A stretch of 64,000 nt of DNA from an uncultured virus (IMG/VR IMGVR_UViG_3300050821_011071) (IMGVR_UViG_3300050821_011071); one strand, 5' to 3'; shown: positions 28,445 through 37,642, counted from the stretch's first letter. Notes: generated by a model not told the origin, from the letters alone. Made by a program: numbers and translations.

Positions 28445-28897
28445 CTATTTTTGCTGATACGAATCAATCAACTCGTCTCGAAACGCACCTTGTAAATCGA
28501 GCTGAATCATACAAGCTTGCCACCGGGCTCCGTGCTGGTCGTTCCAAGTCTTTATATGGCACATTTCGTGAAGCATCGTTAGTTCCGCGTATCTTTCAGC
28601 CGAAACATAAAATGGGTTGAAGCTGACGTGAAATACACCATCGTACGTTCGTCGAGTAGTGGCCATAAATTCGGGGTCGCGAAGGTCGTAATCGACGACT
28701 GCAACCGGGAGTTTGTTTTCGAAATACTGGGCGTTGTTTCGAGCATACGATTTCTCCAAGTACTTTTGCGTAACCGGCTGGGCTTTAGCTGGCTCAGTAA
28801 GTTTTGGCCTTGATATGAACCCGACTAGTGCACTCCACAAAACCGTTAAAACAACGGTCAGCAAAAGCCGCCAGCGATTTTCTTTGAGCCAGTTCAC
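28445..28897 (-). CDS. Membrane-anchored SprT-like zinc metalloprotease (150 aa)
   Basis: N-terminal TM helix; N..YF...LP; TMLHEMCH...HG..W motif. Confidence 0.75.
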   Translation of the reverse strand: MNWLKENRWRLLLTVVLTVLWSALVGFISRPKLTEPAKAQPVTQKYLEKSYARNNAQYFENKLPVAVVDYDLRDPEFMATTRRTYDGVFHVSFNPFYVSAERYAELTMLHEMCHIKTWNDQHGARWQACMIQLDLQGAFRDELIDSYQQK

Positions 28898-29103
28898 TCT
28901 TTCACCTTCAAAACGGTTTTCAAAAATTTCTTGAACTCTCGGTCCCGGGCTTCTTGTTTGGCTCGGAGAAAAGCTAATCGGCTCTCAATCACGCTGTGCC
29001 CGACCGGCTGGCTGCCGTCTCTGAATGGAATCGGTACCTTTATCATAATCCAGCCATCCTTACTCCTGAAGCCCACCAAACCAAGAATACGATAATTAAG
29101 AGT

Positions 29104-29571
29104 TCAATTACCGCTACCATCAGTCGGAGCCACCGGGAATTGTTTAAGGAACTCATCGACAACCATCCTATCAACTTCCTCGGCCTTTGTCAAGCTTTCT
29201 TTTTCACTTTCTTCTTTGGTTCGTTGGAGCTCGGTGCAATACGCTTCCAGCGCTGTGTAAGCCGCTTCATAGGTTGCGAACGGCCCATTCTCAAAGTTCC
29301 AAGACGCATCGTAGTGCCACCATGTCTTGTCCGCGTGCTCGTGCAATGGGTTGCCATCACCTGAGTACGTGCACACCGGCGGGTCGGGTTTCTTCAAAAG
29401 CTCGGGGTCAGCCAACTCGCCCAAAGGCTTAATAATCATTAGTTCGCGACCCGTTGACTCCCCGCGGCGATACACGACGACTTTGACGTTGTTGAAATTT
29501 TCAGGGATGAGCTCGCCGTCCGCCAAGATGACATGAGCCACGATTCCCGCGGTGCCGGGTCCAATTACCAC
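29104..29571 (-). CDS. Hypothetical protein (155 aa)
   Basis: Co-oriented ORF overlapping the upstream stop. Confidence 0.6.
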   Translation of the reverse strand: MVIGPGTAGIVAHVILADGELIPENFNNVKVVVYRRGESTGRELMIIKPLGELADPELLKKPDPPVCTYSGDGNPLHEHADKTWWHYDASWNFENGPFATYEAAYTALEAYCTELQRTKEESEKESLTKAEEVDRMVVDEFLKQFPVAPTDGSGN

Positions 29572-30764
29572 GACGCCACCTTCTTTTCAATCAGCGCTTG
29601 TTGAAGTTCCGCTGTGGTCATTTTCTTATCAAGATAGATGTCCGGGCACGGGCCTTCAAAAAATCGGTTGTACATGGATTTCTTTTGGTCCGCGTTCGCG
29701 TAAGTCAAAAGAAGTTGCAAGTCGACGCGTCCGGGGCGAATCAAGGCCGGGTCGAGCTTCTCTTTATGATTAGTCGTTAGGATGAATACCGCACCTACAG
29801 GAGAAAGCAGGCCGTCGAGCACATTTAGCAAACCTGACAGAGTCACGCCTTCTTTCTTTTTCTTCTCGTCGGTCTTTCTGCGCTTAGCTGTGCTCGAAAC
29901 ATCATCGATGTCTTCTACGATGATAAAAGAATTAGGTTCGACCGTCTTGGCCGCTTCGACCAAGGATGCGTCGCTCATATCGGCGAGTCTTAAGATGTAT
30001 ACGTTGGAGTTGAAATGAGACGAAAGGCCTGTAACAAAGCTCGTCTTCCCCGTTCCCGGTGGCCCGTAGAACAAAAATCCTTTTCTGTACGGAATGCCCA
30101 TCGTGCGGTACCAATCGCGACTACTTCGAAAGGTCTCGATTTGTTGAATTACCCGTTTCTTGTCTTCTTCGGGGAGAATTACAGTATCAAGAGCGCGTGG
30201 TTGGAATGCGTGGATTGGCTGCCAATCTCCCCAGCTACCCCAAGCATAGAGCTCGGGCTTCTTTTCTTCCTGAGTGACGAACTGATTGAAAACATCTTTC
30301 ATGAGATTTCTGAAGACGTCTTGTTTGCGACCAATCGTTTTGAAATTTATGCTTTCGGAACGAAGCGCTTGCGCAAGATTGCCTTTCAGTGTTTTTGATT
30401 CTTCTCTTTTAATTGTAATTGAAAGAATTCGACCCTTGTAATACATCCAGTGGTGGCCCGGGGCCGGAACGATGATATACTTTTCGGAACCCTGATTGAA
30501 TACGTCTAGGTGGCGGATGCGACCAACCATCTTTTGATTTTCGAACCAGAGCTTGAGCCAGTAATACGCGCGCTGGTCATCGGTCACGGACAAGGTTACC
30601 GTAGTCTGGTGCTCAATCCAAGTCCAAATTTTAATCGGGATGTTTCGAAGATAGGCAGCTACACCGCCAATCGCCATCAATAAGAGGCCGCCGGAGGCAA
30701 ATTGGTTCGGGTTGTGAAGAAAGGTGTTGACGATTGGTGTAATCAACTCTTTCAAATGAATCAT
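29565..30764 (-). CDS. BCS1-like AAA+ ATPase (399 aa)
   Basis: N-terminal TM and NQFASGGL.L; YYWLKLWF; PAPGHHW.YKG; WY..MGIPYRKGFLFYGPPGTGKTS; EDID; VTLSGLLNVLDG; TTNH..KLDPALIRPGRVD. Confidence 0.88.
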   Translation of the reverse strand: MIHLKELITPIVNTFLHNPNQFASGGLLLMAIGGVAAYLRNIPIKIWTWIEHQTTVTLSVTDDQRAYYWLKLWFENQKMVGRIRHLDVFNQGSEKYIIVPAPGHHWMYYKGRILSITIKREESKTLKGNLAQALRSESINFKTIGRKQDVFRNLMKDVFNQFVTQEEKKPELYAWGSWGDWQPIHAFQPRALDTVILPEEDKKRVIQQIETFRSSRDWYRTMGIPYRKGFLFYGPPGTGKTSFVTGLSSHFNSNVYILRLADMSDASLVEAAKTVEPNSFIIVEDIDDVSSTAKRRKTDEKKKKEGVTLSGLLNVLDGLLSPVGAVFILTTNHKEKLDPALIRPGRVDLQLLLTYANADQKKSMYNRFFEGPCPDIYLDKKMTTAELQQALIEKKVASW

Positions 30765-31051
30765 CTTTGAACGTCCTCTCGCGAAAAGGCTTCGATTGCC
30801 TTCCGGGCGAACTCAAGCATCTTATCGTAGTAAATGTTGCCGTCTTTGTCAACGGCTTTTATGCCTTGGAGCATCTTCTTACGGTCGGTGGTCAAGCCGT
30901 GGTCGACTCGTTCGCCTTCGGCATTGCCGCGCTTTAAAGCTACATATCCGTTGATGAGCTTGTTTAGCTCGACCATCGCGGCGAATTGAAGCTCGTGAAA
31001 CTCGCGCGTATTGGTCGCCGGATATGTGGTGTCAGAGAGGCCGAAGTTCAT
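30761..31051 (-). CDS. Hypothetical protein (96 aa)
   Basis: ATGA overlaps at both ends. Confidence 0.6.
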   Translation of the reverse strand: MNFGLSDTTYPATNTREFHELQFAAMVELNKLINGYVALKRGNAEGERVDHGLTTDRKKMLQGIKAVDKDGNIYYDKMLEFARKAIEAFSREDVQR

Positions 31052-31269
31052 CCGCGCTTTCTCATTTCAGTAACCATGAAATTAGCAATTTCGCCCATGC
31101 ACACAGAATCAAAGCCGGTCCCGTTCACCGGACAAAACCAATACTTTCGCCAAGGCGCATGCCACTCAATCCAGCCGAGGATAATTTCGCGCTGAGCGTT
31201 CTTCACGACCCAGCGGTCGGTCTTGCCGGAGTCGGACTTGCCTTTGTGTTCGAAAATCAGGTAGCTCAT
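31048..31269 (-). CDS. Hypothetical phage protein (73 aa)
   Basis: GAGGA RBS; LG.I.W...WR.Y.F pattern seen in small phage proteins. Confidence 0.65.
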   Translation of the reverse strand: MSYLIFEHKGKSDSGKTDRWVVKNAQREIILGWIEWHAPWRKYWFCPVNGTGFDSVCMGEIANFMVTEMRKRG

Positions 31270-31275
31270 GTTTCC

Positions 31276-31527
31276 TCACATATCCCATTCGATTAAACCC
31301 GCATCGGCTGCTTGTCGAGGGTCTTTGGTAGCATTCCACGCGCCTACAAAAGACTCTAGCCACTCATTAAACATTCCGTACGATATAGCTGTTTTTGCGG
31401 CGTAATAAATATGATTACGAATTCTTTGTGTTTCCTCGTTAGCCGTGTCTTCTTTTATGAAACTCTCTATCGGCAATCCTGCGCTTGGCATTATTTCCTT
31501 CCCGTGGGGCATTCTTTCAGCCCGCAC
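31276..31527 (-). CDS. Hypothetical protein (83 aa; start uncertain)
   Basis: Co-oriented; fills the gap. Confidence 0.5.
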   Translation of the reverse strand: MRAERMPHGKEIMPSAGLPIESFIKEDTANEETQRIRNHIYYAAKTAISYGMFNEWLESFVGAWNATKDPRQAADAGLIEWDM

Positions 31528-31676
31528 TTAAAACTAGAGTTACAAATTTTGGCGCAATCACAAGATTTCTTTGAGTGACTGAGGGCTAAACCGAGTTCCA
31601 CCAACCCGCAAAGAGAAACTACGAGAATAACCCAAGCAAGAAGTTCTACAAAACTATTAATCTTTATATGGGTCAT
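31491..31676 (-). CDS. Small membrane protein with Cys-rich tail (61 aa)
   Basis: One hydrophobic helix; overlaps the RtcB stop. Confidence 0.45.
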   Translation of the reverse strand: MTHIKINSFVELLAWVILVVSLCGLVELGLALSHSKKSCDCAKICNSSFKCGLKECPTGRK

Positions 31677-32871
31677 GCTCGTTCTTTCCCGCCATAGCTA
31701 CCCCAACCGGCGTCAAGGTGTGCAAAATTCGAACCGTGTCTTTGTGTTCATTCAGGACCTCGGGCAGTCGTTTGTAACAGTCCGGACTCTCGTCGACACC
31801 GGCTCCGCGGAGCTCTATGCCGCGAGTCCAGCCATCCATCATTTCCTGAGTGACCTTGGGCGCGCGAAGCATAACACCGTTCTTAAACTTTCCCTTGGCT
31901 TCCATCCGGCCCATGCGACGGCCTGCACCGTGGACGGTCGAGAAGAGTGAAAGTTGCTGTTGCCGAAGAGTCTCCGCGTCATCTGCAAGCGTTCCTATTG
32001 GATTAAGACCGCCTTCAAGAATGACCGAGTTCTCCCCCATCGAACCGCCTACGAATCCACGCTGGCCCGGGAAGGCCGGAGTCGCGCCCTTGCGAACGAC
32101 CCACAAATGTTCTACGCCGTTTCCAATATCGTGCTTTTCGCGCCAAGCGTAGTTGTGGTGGTTGTGAACTTCATCGAGAATCTTTGCGCCAAGAATATTA
32201 GCGACCTTCTGGCAAACCCAATCACGGCCTGCGTACGCATATACACCGGCCAAGAACATAGCGCCGATATAGTCCTGCCCCAGATAAGAGGCTGCCGGGA
32301 TGACACAAGGCTCGACATCCATGCCGTCCTTGGCACCGGCCTTTTCTAAGAACCAAGTTGCGGTCTTGTGGCCTAATCCGCGACTCCCGAAATGTACCCC
32401 AATCCATACGCGGTCTTGTTCGTCGGTGAAAAGGTCAACATAATGATTCCCGGACCCTACCGTCCCAAGTTGGTCTTCTGCCATTTTCTTCAAAGGCGCG
32501 AGCATCGGGAAGGTCCAAATCTGGGATTCAAAAAGTGGGTGGTCAACCGATTCGGCGTTCTTGCGACCGATTCCGAAAGCAATCGTGCTCCACACGTCGT
32601 CCATAATCGTCTTGATAAACTGACGGAGAGATGAGCCCGGCATATCAGTCAAGACAGCCTTATTGCCGCATCCGATGTCATAACCGACGCCCGAAGGACT
32701 GATATGGTCGCGGTACGCTACGACTCCGCCGATAGGCACAGCGTAGCCCTTGTGATGGTCCGCCATCAACGCGACCGCAGCGGTTTCTGGCATGGCTTTG
32801 CAAGTCTTGATTTGAGAGAGAGCGCCCGGGTCCGGTTCGCCCCACACTGGAATGCCGTCGATGATTTTCAC
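31657..32871 (-). CDS. rtcB: RtcB family RNA ligase (404 aa)
   Basis: MADHHKGYAVPIGG; GYDIGCG; LGTVGSGNHY; HFGSRG; HNHHNY; RKGAT; GGSMG; HGAGR; DESP..YK. Confidence 0.95.
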   Translation of the reverse strand: MKIIDGIPVWGEPDPGALSQIKTCKAMPETAAVALMADHHKGYAVPIGGVVAYRDHISPSGVGYDIGCGNKAVLTDMPGSSLRQFIKTIMDDVWSTIAFGIGRKNAESVDHPLFESQIWTFPMLAPLKKMAEDQLGTVGSGNHYVDLFTDEQDRVWIGVHFGSRGLGHKTATWFLEKAGAKDGMDVEPCVIPAASYLGQDYIGAMFLAGVYAYAGRDWVCQKVANILGAKILDEVHNHHNYAWREKHDIGNGVEHLWVVRKGATPAFPGQRGFVGGSMGENSVILEGGLNPIGTLADDAETLRQQQLSLFSTVHGAGRRMGRMEAKGKFKNGVMLRAPKVTQEMMDGWTRGIELRGAGVDESPDCYKRLPEVLNEHKDTVRILHTLTPVGVAMAGKNEHDPYKD

Positions 32872-33188
32872 TTTAACCCCAAACGAGAGAAAACCAATGC
32901 CTTGAAAGCAGTAAGCGGCTCTCCTCCCAAGCTAGAATAATCGCGAATAGACAAGGCCTCCCACGAAGTTTCTTCTGGTTTCCAGTTTTCTAATCCATAG
33001 CAAGAGCAATGAGCATCGTGAACTTCATACAATACGCCGTCTCGCTCAAAAATACAAATTGCCCAACCGCTGTAGTCTTCGTAGGAATAGTAAGCGAATA
33101 GGATTTGTTCGTCGGTTGGCGGATTTGGGTTCGGATTCCATTGCTCAATCATGCTATTGTAGTCTGTAAAAAGCTCAAAGTACTTCAT
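32868..33188 (-). CDS. Hypothetical phage protein (106 aa)
   Basis: YSYEDYSG...LYEV...HCSCYGLE motif of a small phage family. Confidence 0.65.
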   Translation of the reverse strand: MKYFELFTDYNSMIEQWNPNPNPPTDEQILFAYYSYEDYSGWAICIFERDGVLYEVHDAHCSCYGLENWKPEETSWEALSIRDYSSLGGEPLTAFKALVFSRLGLK

Positions 33189-33370
33189 TCTTCTACCTCC
33201 ATCTCACTAATGATATCTTGCCACACTTTCGAATCCGTGTCAACCAAAATCGTACCGATGCCCGGGAAGAGAATATGCGTCGTTCGGCCCGGGTGGACGA
33301 CCTCGCCCGTGTCGCCATCGTGCTTGACCAATGACCCGACCGGCAGCACGGCTAATTCAGAACCGGTCAC
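33185..33370 (-). CDS. Hypothetical protein (61 aa)
   Basis: ATGA overlap with the downstream gene. Confidence 0.5.
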   Translation of the reverse strand: MTGSELAVLPVGSLVKHDGDTGEVVHPGRTTHILFPGIGTILVDTDSKVWQDIISEMEVEE

Positions 33371-33505
33371 AAATCCATCCTATCACCCAGCGACACCAGA
33401 AACCAGTCCATGTCATGAAATTACCCGCGTATGCTGCGGCCCAAGCGATGTTCTCAGGTCGCAACAAACCATGCTGCGGGCACAGCATGAGCTCCCAAAG
33501 GTCTC

Positions 33506-33874
33506 TCATCGCAGATAATGAGACAGCCGCCCGGACGGATTCTGAGTTGTTTTGGTGCCGTCTAGCACGGTCAAAAACACCGTCGCGAGCGCAAGGTCCA
33601 GCCCGGGCATGTACCCTTCCTTCGTCTTGTCCCGCTTAATCTTTCGATTCAACTCGCCGCGGAGCTGGCGATGTGACATCCCGCCGACTTTGGCTTCCAA
33701 TACGTTGGCGCGAGCGCGGTCTTCTTCGCGCGCCTTCGCACGAGCTTCTCGGATAGCCTTGAGTTCGGCCTCGGTTAGTTGCTTCTTTGGTTCACGCTTC
33801 TTTTCGTCGTTCACATTATCCTCACAGCGACCATAATACCGGTGGCCGAAACCCAATAAAGAACTCGCTTCCAA
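33506..33874 (-). CDS. Hypothetical basic protein (up to 122 aa)
   Basis: Downstream of promoter 33886-33914. Confidence 0.55.
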   Translation of the reverse strand: MEASSLLGFGHRYYGRCEDNVNDEKKREPKKQLTEAELKAIREARAKAREEDRARANVLEAKVGGMSHRQLRGELNRKIKRDKTKEGYMPGLDLALATVFLTVLDGTKTTQNPSGRLSHYLR

Positions 33875-33885
33875 TCACCTTGAAA

Positions 33886-33914
33886 AGCGTATCCTATTGC
33901 CGCCAAGATGTCAA
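33886..33914 (-). promoter_or_regulatory. Promoter TTGACA-N17-TACGCT
   Basis: GTGC-TTGACA context shared with the promoters at 35972 and 57895. Confidence 0.5.
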
Positions 33915-33965
33915 GCACTATTCCGGCGGAGACGAAGAAATTTCCCCAGTTAATATTGTGAAGAT

Positions 33966-34364
33966 TTAGCACTTTTTACCCCCGTGTTTATAAGGCCGAG
34001 CGGCGTTGTACTTCTGCTTGGCGAGCATCGCTTCGGCGACCCGAAGGTTCAAGCGCTTGCTGATGTTCATAATACGGATGATGGTATCCGCAAATTCTTC
34101 CTCTACACCGGAAAAATTTGAGATGTGGTCCGACGCCGGGTTTCCCTTACGATACCATTCAAGAGCCTCGGATAGTTCACCGTGAGTCAGAGCGACCTTC
34201 TCTCCGAAATTAAAATCATCAGGTTCTTCAAAGCCGTGCGCTTTGTTGATTTCGAAGTTCTCGTCTCGTTGCCAATTAAAGGCTTCGATAAAAAGCTGTT
34301 CTGAGTCTTTCATTATGACCTCGGGTACGCGACCGACCACGTCGATTGAAAGAGTGGACGCCAC
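33966..34364 (-). CDS. MazG-like NTP pyrophosphohydrolase
   Basis: ALTHGELSEALE..RK...EEEFADTIIR...K..YN..RPYKHGGK. Confidence 0.8.
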   Translation of the reverse strand: MASTLSIDVVGRVPEVIMKDSEQLFIEAFNWQRDENFEINKAHGFEEPDDFNFGEKVALTHGELSEALEWYRKGNPASDHISNFSGVEEEFADTIIRIMNISKRLNLRVAEAMLAKQKYNAARPYKHGGKKC

Positions 34365-34558
34365 TGCGGTTTGCGTTGCCGCCGGTCATAGAAAACGAAC
34401 CGGCCTTCTTGAGTTCCTTCTTCGCCGAGCACAGACTGGTTGCCGCTGAATTTCACGACCTGTCGTTCGAGTTCGTTGCCATTTCGGCGCAAGTCTTCGA
34501 ACATTCGGTCGCGTTGCGCTTTATCGGTTGTGGTGATGACTTCCGTGTTGTGCGTCAT
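34313..34558 (-). CDS. Hypothetical protein (81 aa)
   Basis: ATGA overlap with the upstream gene. Confidence 0.55.
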   Translation of the reverse strand: MTHNTEVITTTDKAQRDRMFEDLRRNGNELERQVVKFSGNQSVLGEEGTQEGRFVFYDRRQRKPQWRPLFQSTWSVAYPRS

Positions 34559-34752
34559 GCGACCGCCAGTGAAACGTTAAAGTGTCCCGAGAACCCGAGA
34601 CCGGTCTTGGCGTACGCGGCCCGAGCCATATTGAGAGCTTCGGTGTTGCTAGCTGCTTGAAATAAGATTACCTCGGGAGCGAACCCTTCCGGCTCGTTGC
34701 GCTTGCTGAACCCAGCGATGCCGGGCTTGTGAATTTGAAGTTCGTATTTCAT
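34555..34752 (-). CDS. Hypothetical protein (65 aa), probably leaderless
   Basis: ATG 6 nt after a TAGGAT -10 box. Confidence 0.6.
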   Translation of the reverse strand: MKYELQIHKPGIAGFSKRNEPEGFAPEVILFQAASNTEALNMARAAYAKTGLGFSGHFNVSLAVA

Positions 34753-34758
34753 TTTTCC

Positions 34759-34788
34759 ATCCTATCAGACTAGCCCCGCGGCTGTCAA
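34759..34788 (-). promoter_or_regulatory. Promoter TTGACA-N18-TAGGAT
   Basis: Exact hexamers with TG extension; overlaps the end of the SLT gene. Confidence 0.6.
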
Positions 34789-35316
34789 GACTTTATTTAC
34801 GTAAATGTGTTCGTGCACGTCGCTGTACCCGTTGAAATGATGAAGCCCTTCTACTAATCCGTACTTGTGAACATATCCCGAAAGAATCGAAGCACCGATT
34901 TGAAGGTTTCGATTAGGGTCTCGAAGAGCGTTCGAATGACCCCAGACCCGGGGATTAACTTGTAAGAGACCAACGGAGTTTTTTCCAGAAACGGCGTTCG
35001 CTCGGCACCCGCTTTCAACGAAGACCAAAGCCGCAAGCAAGCGAGCGGATAATCCGTATTCATAAGCTGTCCGTCCCGTGATATCACTATAGGTATCTCG
35101 GCAACCATTCTTACGGTATACCATCCGGGCGGAAGCGACTGCTCTTTTAATTGCTCGTTGCTGTTGCTCAATTCTCACCTCTTCCTTAATCGAAGCCTCG
35201 GTCGGTAAGTTGACCGAAATCGGTTCTGGCGCTGCCGGGGCGTCTAAAATTCCGTACTGAAGCCCCAGCCAGATAAAAGCCGCTGATAGCGCCGTCGCTA
35301 TTACTGTGTTCTTCAT
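34765..35316 (-). CDS. Lytic transglycosylase (SLT domain) with N-terminal TM/signal anchor
   Basis: LLAALVFVESG...AVS...VGLLQV...NL.IGA..L; GGAGGA RBS before MKNTVIAT. Confidence 0.85.
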   Translation of the reverse strand: MKNTVIATALSAAFIWLGLQYGILDAPAAPEPISVNLPTEASIKEEVRIEQQQRAIKRAVASARMVYRKNGCRDTYSDITGRTAYEYGLSARLLAALVFVESGCRANAVSGKNSVGLLQVNPRVWGHSNALRDPNRNLQIGASILSGYVHKYGLVEGLHHFNGYSDVHEHIYVNKVLTAAGLV

Positions 35317-35526
35317 TAGTTCCTCCACGAAAGTCTTCTGGGTTAAGGCTTTCAAAAAGAAACTACGAAATTCGTACTGGGTCCGTGTCGCGCGGATTTG
35401 CAGCGGGAATCGGCTCCGACTGCGGATTCATCTCTGTGCGCTCCAAATTATGATATCCCGGGAACGCGCCATAATCGATACTTGCCGCGGGTTGAAGCAA
35501 AACGAAAATGAGCGCGATGGATGTCA

Positions 35527-35838
35527 TTAGTTCACCAAGAGCGGCTTCCAGCTCTCACTCATCGACTCTACACCGTCGTTGTCGCGCCACTCGATGGCTT
35601 CGATTGCAGCATCGACTTCGTGCTGAGTCCACTCTGGCTCGGAATCTTCGTCATCCGGGTCTGCTTCTCCGCGGTCATAAACATCGCCATCTTCCAAATC
35701 CTTTTCGAGCACTTCGATTTGCGCAAAAACGGCATCATGATTGTTATCACCGAAAGCCGTAATCTTTCGAACGCGAGGTTGCATGGCTCTCAGAGCTTCG
35801 ATTTCGGTTTTAATCTCTTCCACGGTCTTCTTCATCAT
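35527..35838 (-). CDS. Acidic hypothetical protein (start MMKKTVEE)
   Basis: AGGAG RBS; part of listed ORF 35527..35916. Confidence 0.6.
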   Translation of the reverse strand: MMKKTVEEIKTEIEALRAMQPRVRKITAFGDNNHDAVFAQIEVLEKDLEDGDVYDRGEADPDDEDSEPEWTQHEVDAAIEAIEWRDNDGVESMSESWKPLLVN

Positions 35839-35943
35839 TTCTCCTAGTGAGTACCGGGCCCCTTTAGGCATTCTGGGCCCGGTCCCGGCGGTTGTGGTCG
35901 CTACCCTCGGAAGCACCCTCGCGGGCCATTCCGTCGCAAAAAC

Positions 35944-35972
35944 ATCCTCTCACAATTTCAAACCTTTGTCAA
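35944..35972 (-). promoter_or_regulatory. Promoter TTGACA-N17-GAGGAT
   Basis: Same family as the other promoters; intergenic. Confidence 0.55.
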
Positions 35973-35979
35973 GCACTAT

Positions 35980-36603
35980 TTAAGGGGTCGGGATAACTGC
36001 CGATGTTTCATTCGAATACGCGCTTTCGTTGCCCGAAGAGTCGACCGCGGTCACAACGAAGTAGTAAGTGTTGCCCGCGATTGTGTTCAAATCAATATAC
36101 GTGCAGCAAACGCCCGAGCTGATGGACCCTATCTTTTGATAAGGCCCTCCGCTAACGGAGGCGGAGTAAATGTTGTAACTTGCGACCACGGAAGTGCTAG
36201 CGGTCCAAGACAAAGTTACAACGTGTCCGACTTGAATCTGGAAAGGTTTGGATGTCTTGGTTTGTGCCGAGGAAAATGTGGCGAAAGCCAAGAGCATCAT
36301 CAGCGCATACCCGAAACGCTTTACTAATTCGACCCGGCCTCGGGCTCCCGTTCTTTTAAAAGCATCCGACGCGTGGTGTTTTACCGTTCGCTCCGTGATG
36401 CCTAACTTGTTTCCAATCTCTTTGTTCGAGAGGCCGGAGCGAATGCCTTCGAAAACTTTCAAAACTTGGGGAGGGAGGTAGGGCGGATTACCCGCCTCTA
36501 CCCCCAGCTTCTCTGCGATGGGCACAAGTTTAGCCTCAATCGGTATGCGAATCACCAAATGAGTTTTGGTTAACTCCAAGGAGACTTCCGGTGCCCGGCG
36601 CAT
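35980..36603 (-). CDS. LuxR-type HTH fused via a signal/TM segment to a fibronectin-III domain (207 aa)
   Basis: GLSNKEIGNKLGITERTVKHHAS..F...G..GRVEL (LuxR), then KRFGYALMMLLAFATFSSA-Q, then VTLSWTAS...YNIY...YYFVVTAVDSSGNESAYS (FN3). Confidence 0.8.
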   Translation of the reverse strand: MRRAPEVSLELTKTHLVIRIPIEAKLVPIAEKLGVEAGNPPYLPPQVLKVFEGIRSGLSNKEIGNKLGITERTVKHHASDAFKRTGARGRVELVKRFGYALMMLLAFATFSSAQTKTSKPFQIQVGHVVTLSWTASTSVVASYNIYSASVSGGPYQKIGSISSGVCCTYIDLNTIAGNTYYFVVTAVDSSGNESAYSNETSAVIPTP

Positions 36604-37271
36604 TAGACTACTCGCTTGTTGTGAAACTTCTTGTTAGAAGCCACAATGACAGAATTGATGTAAACCTTCGCCACGTTGGTCGCGGAGTCGGTTACGGTGA
36701 CGGTGAAGTTGAAGGTTCCGGCTGCTGTCGGAGTACCGCTAATCGCACCGGTCGTTGAGTTCAAGGTCAATCCGGTCGGCAAAGAGCCGGTTGTGACCGC
36801 GAAGGTGTACGGAGATTGTCCGCCAGAAGCTGTTAGCGTTGCTGAGTAAGCCACGCCAAGGTTAGCCGCGGGCAGGCTCGTATTTGTAATAGTGAGTGCC
36901 GCAAGGATATTGACCGTATAAGACTGAGTTGCAGTCAAAGGCACGGTTTCAGAGTCGGCCACCTTCACGGTGAAGGTAACTGGCCCAGACGTGGTTGGGG
37001 TGCCGCTAAGCGCGCCCGTAGATGCGGACAAACTGACACCGGCTGGCAAGCTGCCAGTCGACACAGTGAACGTATAAGGGGCCAATCCGCCCGAAGCGGT
37101 GATGGTTGACGTGTAAACTAGCCCAACCTCGCCTTGTGGCAAAGTGGCTGGTGAGATAACAATCGGAGCGGCGTTGACTACGATGCTCAGACTTTTTGTA
37201 GCGGTGTCTTGTGCCGGGGTCATAAGCGCCAGCCCAAGAGTTAGCAGTAATGCGGACAACAGTTTTTTCAT
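36603..37271 (-). CDS. Secreted protein with two putative Ig (He_PIG-like) domains (222 aa)
   Basis: Signal peptide MKKLLSALLLTLGLALMTPA; 2x LP....Y...TASGG..PYTF....GSLP.G..L...TG..SGTPT. Confidence 0.85.
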   Translation of the reverse strand: MKKLLSALLLTLGLALMTPAQDTATKSLSIVVNAAPIVISPATLPQGEVGLVYTSTITASGGLAPYTFTVSTGSLPAGVSLSASTGALSGTPTTSGPVTFTVKVADSETVPLTATQSYTVNILAALTITNTSLPAANLGVAYSATLTASGGQSPYTFAVTTGSLPTGLTLNSTTGAISGTPTAAGTFNFTVTVTDSATNVAKVYINSVIVASNKKFHNKRVV

Positions 37272-37273
37272 AT

Positions 37274-37627
37274 CTATCCCTTCAGATTTATCAAAATTCT
37301 CGCACTAGCGAGGGTCTTTGAATCGACTACCTGGACTGTGAACGTGAATTGTCCCAATGCTGCCGGTCGACCTGAAATCACGCCTGCGGAATCCAGCGTA
37401 ATTCCAGTAGGTAATGTTCCGGAAACGACGGACCAAACATAAGGCCCAACTCCTCCGGAAGCCGTTAGTTGTTGCGAGTAGGACTGGCCCGCAATGGCTG
37501 ACGGCAGGGATGTTGTGGTGATTTTTACTTTTCTGGAAGGCGAAGCTGCCGACGATACACTCGCGCAAGAAGATGCGAAGAGAGCGGACGCGAGCAAAAC
37601 GCCTTGTAAGGCTTTCTTGAACCTCAT
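37274..37627 (-). CDS. Secreted/lipoprotein with one He_PIG-like Ig domain (117 aa)
   Basis: MRFKK..LLASALFASSC leader; ITTTSLP...YSQQLTASGG..PY.W...GTLP.G. Confidence 0.8.
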   Translation of the reverse strand: MRFKKALQGVLLASALFASSCASVSSAASPSRKVKITTTSLPSAIAGQSYSQQLTASGGVGPYVWSVVSGTLPTGITLDSAGVISGRPAALGQFTFTVQVVDSKTLASARILINLKG

Positions 37628-37642
37628 AAATCCCCCACCCAG

